Positions 12,330 to 23,900 of a DNA stretch of 64,000 nucleotides are shown here, piece after piece. How positions within the stretch are numbered: position 1 is the first letter of the stretch; each line of letters opens with the position of its first letter. The stretch is from assembly GCA_964016885.1 (NCBI GenBank), contig OZ024740.1, positions 63,426,001-63,490,000 on the forward strand, in the 5' to 3' direction. The DNA comes from Eledone cirrhosa. Its lineage: Eukaryota. Position numbers and translations under genes: made by a program. A model generated the notes under the pieces. That model saw only the letters and a program-made list of their open reading frames with translations. It was not told the DNA's origin and did not search any database.

Positions 12330-13290
12330 TATCCCTAGCTTCATGAAAGGCTAATATCAGCTTCTATGAGAAAGAAGCCAAGAGGGATATCTTCCACCAA
12401 GACTCAGCATATCCACAAAGTCTAAAACACCCTGTGGCCAAGAACGATCTTATACACTGCACAGACAGATGCGACGAAGCCACCCAAGGAAGATCCATGT
12501 TAAACAACTTTCGGAAACTGCTGTTAAAGAGAGGCTATGAGCAACGCTTTGTACGAAACGTTAAGAATATATGAGGAGAACACAGCCACAAACATCACAC
12601 ACTAACATCAACCACCACCCTTAGTCATAATAGCAATCACAACCACTCGAAGGCCATCAACAACGACGAAAGACACTACAACACCAACATGAAGAAACAA
12701 GAGAAACAGATAGAACCTGGGTCTACATTGATCTGCCATGCCTAACCCTTTAGCATTCACATTGCTCTATATATACTATTGTATTTTTGCAGTTAAGGCT
12801 TTATCTTGCATAATTATCTCATATAATATCGAATCTTTGAGATTTTGATATTTATTTTGAGAGCCATACCTTAACATCAGTATGAGTGACTGGTTATATC
12901 CGGGTTGAAAAGAAAGAGGCGAGAGAATTCTGGTTGGACACAGCCTGTTTAAATGCTAAAGGGCTAGAAGAACAGACAGAAAATCGTCTGCGAAACTGCA
13001 CCAAAAGATCAGGCCTCTCAGTGTAAGTAATAAAGCATGGGAGGATGTTGAGATAATACCTCATGCAGACCTTCGAAGATGCCCTTTCATGAATTAACAG
13101 CAGCAAAAATATAGAACCAATATCCCTGAAAGACCATGTAATGTATGAGTTGAACAATCGTGCGGAGCCAACTTCATTGGTTCCACAAAATGCCAACTGC
13201 ATAACCAAATTCTCGAAATTTTTTTTAAAAAGCGGCAGTCCTGATGAAGGGTAAATACCCAGAAACATGTTGATTGTTCCGCAATGTCGC
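12330..13290 (+). mobile_element. Highly degenerate Penelope-like element remnant ending in a hammerhead ribozyme
   Basis: Residual peptides DIFHQDSAYPQSLKHPVAK and FRKLLLKRGY resemble the PLE RT-thumb pattern (H..S.HP...K, L..RGY); hammerhead at the 3' end. Boundaries are approximate. Confidence 0.55.
13232..13282 (+). ncRNA. Minimal type I hammerhead ribozyme
   Basis: Stem I CAGTC/GATTG (plus GCGG/CCGC), core CTGATGA 13241-13247, stem II GGGTA-AA-TACCC, GAAA 13262-13265, palindromic stem III ACATGT, predicted cleavage after GUU at 13271. Confidence 0.85.
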
Positions 13291-14119
13291 TGTTGAACAA
13301 ACGGATGACGATTTGTCATCGGCACGGCACAGCTTTAATCGGGCCGTTTGTTTACAAACGAATCGAATATTATTATTATCAATGTTCGATATAACCCATA
13401 CGTACATATGTATATATGTGTGTGTGCGTGTGTACGTATGCATACTTACACACACACATATATATGTATATATTAAAATATGTTACCAAACACTTATTTA
13501 TATCATGATTTAATTTACTTACACCTTTCCAGTTTTTATATTTGGGAACAAATTTCTTCATATGAATATATATATATTGTTATACTTGGGGAGGGTCATA
13601 TTTGTGTAATATTGCCAGAATTAATAACAGAACACACTCACTGTTTGGTTGGTTTTCGCTTTTCGCTTCTGTGTCCTTTATATCGGTAATCTAATTTATT
13701 CGGTCCTCAATGTTGCCATTGACTGACCAACGGTCAAAAATACAGATACAATATAGACACAAACACATATATATAGTTTATCAAAGTTCTTTCGTTGCAC
13801 ATATGCAACATCGTCAGTGGTGCTATTGTTTCCTCCCGTTGCATTGTTTTTTTCTACACCATCTTTATTTAGTCTGTTTATATATTTATTTATTTGTTTA
13901 TTTCATTTTGTCTTCTTTGCGCATGCGTTTGCGTGTGTGTATAGTGTTTTGTTTGATGTGTGTTCGTGATTGGGTGGCTGTGTATTGGTTTAATGTATTC
14001 TATCTTTACCAGTGTGTGTTTATATGTGTTTGTTGTTATTGTGCTTGTGTATGTATTTATTTATTTATTTATCTATTTATTTATTTATTTATCTATTTAT
14101 TTATTAATTTATACTTATC

Positions 14120-15805
14120 TTAGGTCAGTGTTGTTTGTTTGGGTGTTGTTGTTATTCCATTCATTTTTTCTGTTTAGCCTTGGCCTTCTAAGTTCTATTT
14201 CACTGGCCTCTGATTTGCCTATCTGCTGGGTCATTTCTGTTTAGATATTATTCTAATTTCTATGTTGTCTATGTTACCGTTGTGTTGTCTGGCATGTTCG
14301 TATAGTACTGAACCGTTTTTTCGTCCTTTTAGTTCCCCCCAGTGTTGGTCTATCCTTTCACCTATGCTACGAGCTGTCTCGCCTATGTATGTTGTTGTCA
14401 TGTTTCTGCAAGTACCCTCTGTACATCTTATGCTATAGACTACGTTTCTAGTTTTACAGTTTATCTGGCGGTTTACCTTACATATGATACATTTCCTATT
14501 AGTACAGTGGGTTTTCTTAAAAGGGTAGGTTTTGCTGATCAGGGATTTTATGGTGGTTCCTGGCTTTTCTACCATCTTAATCTTTAAGTGGGTCTTTCTC
14601 AGGGCCTTTCTACACTGGTTAGCTAATTTCCCTCCAGGGGTAGCGTCCACAAACATGACACTCTGGTATCTCTGGTTGTCGTACCATGAGGTGGCTTTCC
14701 CTATCTTATGTCTAGCCCTATCTAAGCTATTCCATGATTTGCTCCTGTATAATGGGAAAATTCCTTTCATGTCCAGTTCTATGAGGGTCTTATACTTCTC
14801 CGTGGCTCCTTCGTATACTCTGATTCTGTCTCTTTGGTTGTAGCCAGAGAACTGCATGCGGTTGATGAAGTGTTGGATGTGTCTTTCCATTTCTGTTGGG
14901 TCGCACATGCGGGACACGTTCTTCATCACTCGTACCAAATCTGCGATCAGAATATTAAACTTAGCACTACTGGTCATTGCTGAGTTTTTGAGTATCAGGT
15001 ATTTGGAGGCCATGGGTTTAGCATAGTGTGAGTGGAGAATTTGGGCTCTCTCATCTATAGTGTTAATCCAGAGTTCATGTCTAATACAGGTAGTCTATTG
15101 TTAGGGTGTTTGGAAGGGTAGTCGATAGTTACAGTTATACTCTGGTGTATGAAATTAGCTATCTGCTGGATGCTTTCCATTGTGCTACGTTCTAAATCAA
15201 ACTTGTTAGTGCTCTCTTGTGAGGATGTTCTTATAACTATATTGATATTGTCTACGTAACGAGAGTACATGATGAGGTCTATGGAGCTCTCATTAAGGAG
15301 ATCTTTAAGTCTCCTTTCCCACCATACCATAAAAAAGGTTGGCAACGTCACCAGCTATGCTGACGCCAATGGCTGCTCCCTCATTTTGGGTGTAGATCTC
15401 GTTGAACTTGAATATGTGGCCCTTTAGGGTAGTTTTGATACTAGCCCTTATTGCATGTGCGACCATTTTTCTTACTTGATCATTGTTTTGGGGGGGGTCC
15501 GTATGGCTTTGGTCCACCCAACCGACCTTCCCATGGGAGTCTTTTTAGCCATTGAGGTTATGGTGGGGGGTCTACCTCTTATGGGTCTACTGGGGCAGAA
15601 ACGTCTAAGGTCATGGGTGTCTAGGTAGTCAGTGTCGTAGGTCAGTCTAAGTAGGAGGCCCAGTTCGTCTGTGACGACGTCGTAGAACTCCACCTCACTC
15701 TCAATAATCATCACACATTTTTCCACAGCAAAATCAATGTTAATGGATGGGTACAGTGATACCACATCCATGCTGTCTATTATGCAGTTGGATAAGTTCC
15801 TGTTT
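14120..15805 (-). mobile_element. 5'-truncated Penelope-like element (RT + GIY-YIG), frameshifted; tentatively Naiad-like lineage
   Basis: RT motifs SMDVVSLYPSI, GAAIGVSIAGDVANLF-MVWW and MYSRYVD; Cys-rich linker CTNRKCIIC; GIY-YIG VVYSIRC..TYIGETARSIGERIDQH. Split across ORFs 15472-15858, 15305-15517, 15055-15351 and 14231-15013. Confidence 0.88.
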
Positions 15806-15824
15806 TTGTATATATATATATATA

Positions 15825-16873
15825 TGCTCTGGTGCAATAAGTAGTAGCAAGTGCCCACAGAATACTAACTCATTCCATTGCACAGATGGTTCTATAGAAA
15901 TAGTGGACAGCTTTGGTTACCTGGGTGACAAAATCAGCAGTGGGGGCGGGTGCTCTGAAAGTACAGTAGCTAGAGTCAGAACGGGATGGAAAAAGTTCAG
16001 AGAGCTTATACCACTATTTGCCGCTAAAGGGTTCTCTCTAAAAATGAAAGGCAGGCTGTATGATGCCTGCATACGAACAGCAATGTTACATGGCAGTGAG
16101 ACCTGGGCATTGTGTGCAGAGGATATACGCAGACTGGAGAGAAACGAAGCTTGCATGCTCCGCTGGATGTGTAATAGTAATATACGTGAACGGCAAAGCA
16201 TAAACAAACTAAGGGAGAAATTAGGAATAAGAGGGATCAGATGCTGTTTACTCGAGAGAAGACTACGTTGGTATGGTCACGTGATGCGCATGAAAGACGA
16301 CAGCTGTATAAAAAAGTGCAGGGTAATAAAAATAGACGGTAGCCACGGAGTAGGCAGACCCAGAAAAACCTGGGACGACTTGATAAATTCCGACCTCACA
16401 CACACCTCTCCAAGACAATGTCACTGGACTGAGATCTTTGGCACTACACAGTAATAGAGAAGACCCGCCTTACCTAAGTGCAAAGTGAAACCTACTACAG
16501 TCAGTAGGCACCTCTAACAAAATACACCCTCGTCCCACTATCCCCACCCCATCCACACCACCTCGTTCAATGTAAAGTTATGTTGGTACCACAACATCCA
16601 GCCCGAAACAAACGAGGTCCAGTAGGTGTCACGACAAAAAAACACACAGTCCACGCTGTAATGTGGCTGTGTAGGTAACACGGTAAAAACCTCCCAGTTC
16701 CACACTGTAAATGTGGTTGGTATTGGGAAGGGCATCCAGCCGTAGAAAACCCGCCAGACAGTCCTATGCAAGCAAGACTACCACTCTTGCCTCAAGTGGG
16801 AAAACTCCCGTCCAAACCCATGCGAGCGTGGAATATGGACGTTAAACGATGACGATGATGATCATGATGATGA
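15825..16873 (+). mobile_element. RTE-clade LINE, 5'-truncated 3' fragment flanked by (TA)n
   Basis: EIVDSFGYLG, GRLYDACIRTAMLHGSETW and RRLRWYGHVMRM; 3' UTR similar to 48373-48750; (GAT)n tail at about 16848-16873. Confidence 0.9.
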
Positions 16874-16880
16874 TATATAT

Positions 16881-17946
16881 ATAAGTATGTACACGTACAT
16901 ACATATATGTATACAGACATAGAGTAGTATGTATATATATATACATACAGGCACACATATATATATGTACGTATGGATTCACCGAACATTTATTATAATG
17001 CTCGGTGTATTTGTAAACAAACATCCCGTATTAAGCCGTAGTGTCCAGCAACCATCGTTGCTCATTTGTTCAACACTGACAAAGGAACGCTGTACTAGTT
17101 TCAAGCTTATTAGCTATCATCAGCAACGTATACCTTCCTGCCAGATTGTTGAACGTATATACTTACCTTATGCATATTAACGGCTGAGGAGCCCAATTTG
17201 CATATCGAGTTGGTTAATCGGCCGGGTGCACCGAAAACGATAAACGGAAAAAATTAAACAAAATTTCATTTCCTACTCTTAGAACGGCTGTTACTTAAAT
17301 ATATGTACACGTACATACATATATGTATACAGACGTACAGTAGTATGTATATATATATACATACATGCACACACATATATATGTACGTATGGATTCACCA
17401 AACATTTATTATAATGCTCGGTGTGTTTGTACATACTTATATTTAAGTAACAGCTGTACTAAGAGTGGGAAATGAAATTTTGTTTCATTTTTTCTGTTTA
17501 TCGTTTTCAGTGCACCCGGCCGATTAACCCACTCGATATGCAAATTGGGCTACTCAGCCGTTAATATGCATAAGGTAAGTATATACGTTCAACAATCTGG
17601 CAGGAAGGTATATGTTGCTGACGATAGCTAATAACCTTGAAACTAGTACAGCGTTCCTTTGTCAGTGTTGAACAAACGAGCAACGATGGTTGCTGGACAC
17701 TACAGCTTAATACGGGATGTTTGTTTACAAACACACCGAGCATTATAATAAATGTTTGGTGAATCCATAGGTACATATATATATGTGTGCATGTATGTAT
17801 ATATATATATACATACTACTGGTATATATATATATACATACTACTGTACGTCTGTATACATATATGTATGTACGTGTACATACTTATATTTAAGTAACAG
17901 CCGTACTAAGAGTGGGAAATGAAATTTTGTTTCATTTTTCCGTTTA
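16881..17946. repeat. About 420-bp unit present as 1.3 direct copies followed by about 1.2 inverted copies
   Basis: 16881-17013 recurs at 17301-17430; 17428-17946 is the reverse complement of a permuted version of the unit. The ORF track shows near-identical peptides on opposite strands (16929+ and 17561-). Confidence 0.9.
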
Positions 17947-17962
17947 TATATATATATATATT

Positions 17963-20900
17963 TGTGGTGGTGTTGCTAGTGGTTGTGATGCTGTTAGTGA
18001 TGGTATTGATGGTGAGTGTGGTGGTGTTGCTAGTGGTTGTGATGCTGTTAGTGATGGTATTAATGTGATGGTGGTGGTGTTTCTAGTGGTTGTGATGCTG
18101 TTAGTGATGGTATTGATGGTGAGTGTGGTGGTGTTTCTAGTGGTTGTGATGCTGTTAGTGATGGTATTGATGGTGATGGTGGTGGTGTTGCTAGTGGTTG
18201 TGATGCTGTTACTGATGGTATTGATGGTGATGGTGGTGGTGTTGCTAGTGGTTGTGATGCTGTTAGTGATGGTATTGATGGTAAGTGTGGTGGTGTTGCT
18301 AGTGGTTGTGATGCTGTTAGTGATGGTATTGATGGTGATGGTGGTGTTGCTAGTGGTTGTGATGCTGTTAGTGATGGTATTGATGGTGATGGTGGTGGTG
18401 TTGCTAGTGGTTGTGATGCTGTTAGTGATGGTATTGATGGTGAGTGTGGTGGTGTTGCTAGTGGTTGTGATGCTGTTAGTGATGGTATTGATGGTAAGTG
18501 TGGTGGTGTTGCTAGTGGTTGTGATGCTGTTAGTGATGGTATTGATGGTGATGGTGGTGTTGCTAGTGGTTGTGATGCTGTTAGTGATGGTATTGATGGT
18601 AAGTGTGGTGGTGTTGCTAGTGGTTGTGATGCTGTTAGTGATGGTATTGATGGTGATGGTGGTGTTGCTAGTGGTTGTGATGCTGTTAGTGATGGTATTG
18701 ATGGTGATGGTGGTGGTGTTGCTAGTGGTTGTGATGCTGTTAGTGATGGTATTGATGGTGAGTGTGGTGGTGTTGCTAGTGGTTGTGATGCTGTTAGTGA
18801 TGGTATTGATGGTGAGTGTGGTGGTGTTGCTAGTGGTTGTGATGCTGTTAGTGATGGTATTGATGAGATGGTGGTGGTGTTGCTAGTGGTTGTGATGCTG
18901 TTAGTGATGGTATTAATGTGATGGTGGTGGTGTTGCTAGTGGTTGTGATGCTGTTAGTGATGGTATTGATGGTAAGTGTGGTGGTGTTGCTAGTGGTTGT
19001 GATGCTGTTAGTGATGGTATTAATGTGATGGTGGTGGTGTTGCTAGTGGTTGTGATGCTGTTAGTGATGGTATTGATGGTAAGTGTGGTGGTGTTGCTAG
19101 TGGTTGTGATGCTGTTAGTGATGGTATTGATGGTGAGTGTGGTGGTGTTGCTAGTGGTTGTGATGCTGTTAGTGATGGTATTGATGGTGACTGTGGTGGT
19201 GTTGCTAGTGGTTGTGATGCTGTTAGTGATGGTATTGATGGTGAGTGTGGTGGTGTTGCTAGTGGTTGTGATGCTGTTAGTGATGGTATTGATGATGATT
19301 GTGGTGGTGTTGCTAGTGGTTGTGATGCTGTTAGTGATGGTATTGATGGTGAGTGTGGTGGTGTTGCTAGTGGTTGTGATGCTGTTAGTGATGGTATTGA
19401 TGGTGAGTGTGGTGGTGTTGCTAGTGGTTGTGATGCTGTTAGTGATGGTATTGATGGTGACTGTGGTGGTGTTGCTAGTGGTTGTGATGCTGTTAGTGAT
19501 GGTATTGATGGTGAGTGTGGTGGTGTTGCTAGTGGTTGTGATGCTGTTAGTGATGGTATTGATGGTGAGTGTGGTGGTGTTGCTAGTGGTTGTGATGCTG
19601 TTAGTGATGGTATTGATGGTGATTGTGGTGGTGTTGCTAGTGGTTGTGATGCTGTTAGTGATGGTATTGATGGTGAGTGTGGTGGTGTTGCTAGTGGTTG
19701 TGATGCTGTTAGTGATGGTATTGATGGTGATGGTGGTGGTGTTGCTAGTGGTTGTGATGCTGTTAGTGATGGTATTGATGGTGAGTGTGGTAGTGTTGCT
19801 AGTGGTTGTGATGCTGTTAGTGATGGTATTGATGGTGGTGGTGTTGCTAGTGGTTGTGATGCTGTTAGTGATGGTATTAATGTGATGGTGGTGGTGTTGC
19901 TAGTGGTTGTGATGCTGTTAGTGATGGTATTGATGGTAAGTGTGGTGGTGTTGCTAGTGGTTGTGATGCTGTTAGTGACGGTATTGATGGTGAGTGTGGT
20001 GGTGTTGCTAGTGGTTGTGATGCTGTTAGTGATGGTATTGATGGTGATTGTGGTGGTGTTGCTAGTGTTTGTGATGCTGTTAGTGATGGTATTGATGGTG
20101 ACTGTGGTGGTGTTGCTAGTGGTTGTGATGCTGTTAGTGATGGTATTGATAGTGAGTGTGGTGGTGTTGCTAGTGGTTGTGATGCTGTTAGTGATGGTAT
20201 TGATGATGATTGTGGTGGTGTTGCTAGTGGTTGTGATGCTGTTAGTGATGGTATTGATGGTGAGTGTGGTGGTGTTGCTAGTGGTTGTGATGCTGTTAGT
20301 GATGGTATTGATGGTGAGTGTGGTGGTGTTGCTAGTGGTTGTGATGCTGTTAGTGATGGTATTGATGGTGACTGTGGTGGTGTTGCTAGTGGTTGTGATG
20401 CTGTTAGTGATGGTATTGATGGTGACTGTGGTGGTGTTGCTAGTGGTTGTGATGCTGTTAGTGATGGTATTGATGGTGACTGTGGTGGTGTTGCTAGTGG
20501 TTGTGATGCTGTTAGTGATGGTATTGATGGTGAGTGTGGTGGTGTTGCTAGTGGTTGTGATGCTGTTAGTGATGGTATTGATGGTGACTGTGGTGGTGTT
20601 GCTAGTGGTTGTGATGCTGTTAGTGATGGTATTGATGGTGAGTGTGGTGGTGTTGCTAGTGGTTGTGATGCTGTTAGTAATGGTATTGATGGTGACTGTG
20701 GTGGTGTTGCTAGTGGTTGTGATGCTGTTAGTGATGGTATTGATGGTGAGTGTGGTGGTGTTGCTAGTGGTTGTGATGCTGTTAGTGATGGTATTGATGG
20801 TGAGTGTGGTTGTGATGCTGTTAGTGATGGTATTGATGGTGATGGTGGTGGTGTTGCTAGTGGTTGTGATGCTGTTAGTGATGGTATTGATGGTAAGTGT

Positions 20901-23900
20901 GGTGGTGTTGCTAGTGGTTGTGATGCTGTTAGTGATGGTATTGATGGTGAGTGTGGTGGTGTTGCTAGTGGTTGTGATGCTGTTAGTGATGGTATTGATG
21001 GTGACTGTGGTGGTGTTTCTAGTGGTTGTGATGCTGTTAGTGATGGTATTGATGGTGATGGTGGTGGTGTTGCTAGTGGTTGTGATGCTGTTAGTGATGG
21101 TATTGATGGTGATGGTGGTGGTGTTGCTAGTGGTTGTGATGCTGTTAGTGATGGTATTGATGGTGACTGTGGTGGTGTTTCTAGTGGTTGTGATGCTGTT
21201 AGTGATGGTATTGATGGTGATGGTGGTGTTGCTAGTGGTTGTGATGCTGTTAGTGATGGTATTGATGGTGATGGTGGTGGTGTTGCTAGTGGTTGTGATG
21301 CTGTTAGTGATGGTATTGATGGTGAGTGTGGTGGTGTTGCTAGTGGTTGTGATGCTGTTAGTGATGGTATTGATGGTGACTGTGGTGGTGTTTCTAGTGG
21401 TTGTGATGCTGTTAGTGATGGTATTGATGGTGATGGTGGTGGTGTTGCTAGTGGTTGTGATGCTGTTAGTGATGGTATTGATGGTGATGGTGGTGGTGTT
21501 GCTAGTGGTTGTGATGTTGTTAGTGATGGTGGTGGTGTTGCTAGTGGTTGTGATGCTGTTAGTGATGGTATTGATGGTGACTGTGGTGGTGTTTCTAGTG
21601 GTTGTGATGCTGTTAGTGATGGTATTGATGGTGATGGTGGTGGTGTTGCTAGTGGTTGTGATGCTGTTAGTGATGGTATTGATGGTGAGTGTGGTGGTGT
21701 TGCTAGTGGTTGTGATGCTGTTAGTGATGGTATTGATGGTGAGTGTGGTGGTGTTGCTAGTGGTTGTGATGCTGTTAGTGATGGTATTGATGGTGACTGT
21801 GGTGGTGTTGCTAGTGGTTGTGATGCTGTTAGTGATGGTATTGATGATGATTGTGGTGGTGTTGCTAGTGGTTGTGATGCTGTTAGTGATGGTATTGATG
21901 GTGAGTGTGGTGGTGTTGCTAGTGGTTGTGATGCTGTTAGTGATGGTATTGATAGTGAGTGTGGTGGTGTTGCTAGTGGTTGTGATGCTGTTAGTGATGG
22001 TATTGATGGTGAGTGTGGTGGTGTTGCTAGTGGTTGTGATGCTGTTAGTGATGGTATTGATGGTGAGTGTGGTGGTGTTGCTAGTGGTTGTGATGCTGTT
22101 AGTGATGGTATTGATGATGATTGTGGTGGTGTTTCTAGTGGTTGTGATGCTGTTAGTGATGGTATTGATGGTGACTGTGGTGGTGTTGCTAGTGGTTGTG
22201 ATGCTGTTAGTGATGGTATTGATAGTGAGTGTGGTGGTGTTGCTAGTGGTTGTGATGCTGTTAGTGATGGTATTGATGATGATTGTGGTGGTGTTGCTAG
22301 TGGTTGTGATGCTGTTAGTGATGGTATTGATGGTGAGTGTGGTGGTGTTGCTAGTGGTTGTGATGCTGTTAGTGATGGTATTGATGGTGAGTGTGGTGGT
22401 GTTGCTAGTGGTTGTGATGCTGTTAGTGATGGTATTGATGGTGAGTGTGGTGGTGTTGCTAGTGGTTGTGATGCTGTTAGTGATGGTATTGATGGTGATT
22501 GTGGTGGTGTTGCTAGTGGTTGTGATGCTGTTAGTGATGGTATTGATGGTGAGTGTGGTGGTGTTGCTAGTGGTTGTGATGCTGTTAGTGATGGTATTGA
22601 TGGTGACTGTGGTGGTGTTGCTAGTGTTTGTGATGCTGTTAGTGATGGTATTGATGGTGAGTGTGGTGGTGTTGCTAGTGGTTGTGATGCTGTTAGTGAT
22701 GGTATTGATGGTGACTGTGGTGGTGTTGCTAGTGGTTGTGATGCTGTTAGTGATGGTATTGATGGTGAGTGTGGTGGTGTTGCTAGTAGTTGTGATGCTG
22801 TTAGTGATGGTATTGATGGTGATGGTGGTGGTGTTGCTAGTGGTTTTGATGCTGTTAGTGATGGTATTGATGGTAAGTGTGGTGGTGTTGCTAGTGGTTG
22901 TGATGCTGTTAGTGATGGTATTGATGGTGAGTGTGGTTGTGATGCTGTTAGTGATGGTATTGATGGTGATGGTGGTGGTGTTGCTAGTGGTTGTGATGCT
23001 GTTAGTGATGGTATTGATGGTAAGTGTGGTGGTGTTGCTAGTGGTTGTGATGCTGTTAGTGATGGTATTGATGGTGAGTGTGGTGGTGTTGCTAGTGGTT
23101 GTGATGCTGTTAGTGATGGTATTGATGGTGACAGTGGTGGTGTTTCTAGTGGTTGTGATGCTGTTAGTGATGGTATTGATGGTGATGGTGGTGGTGTTGC
23201 TAGTGGTTGTGATGCTGTTAGTGATGGTATTGATGGTGATGGTGGTGGTGCTGCTAGTGGTTGTGATGCTGTTAGTGATGGTATTGATGGTGACTGTGGT
23301 GGTGTTTCTAGTGGTTGTGATGCTGTTAGTGATGGTATTGATGGTGATGGTGGTGTTGCTAGTGGTTGTGATGCTATTAGTGATGGTATTGATGGTGAGT
23401 GTGGTGGTGTTGCTAGTGGTTGTGATGCTGTTAGTGATGGTATTGATGGTGATGGTGGTGGTGTTGCTAGTGGTTGTGATGCTGTTAGTGATGGTATTGA
23501 TGGTGATGGTGGTGGTGTTGCTAGTGGTTGTGATGTTGTTAGTGATGGTGGTGATGTTGCTAGTGGTTGTGATGCTGTTAGTGATGGTATTGATGGTGAC
23601 TGTGGTGGTGTTTCTAGTGGTTGTGATGCTGTTAGTGATGGTATTGATGGTGATGGTGGTGGTGTTGCTAGTGGTTGTGATGCTGTTAGTGATGGTATTG
23701 ATGGTGAGTGTGGTGGTGTTGCTAGTGGTTGTGATGCTGTTAGTGATGGTATTGATGGTGAGTGTGGTGGTGTTGCTAGTGGTTGTGATGCTGTTAGTGA
23801 TGGTATTGATGGTGATTGTGGTGGTGTTGCTAGTGGTTGTGATGCTGTTAGTGATGGTATTGATGGTGACTGTGGTGGTGTTGCTAGTGGTTGTGATGCT

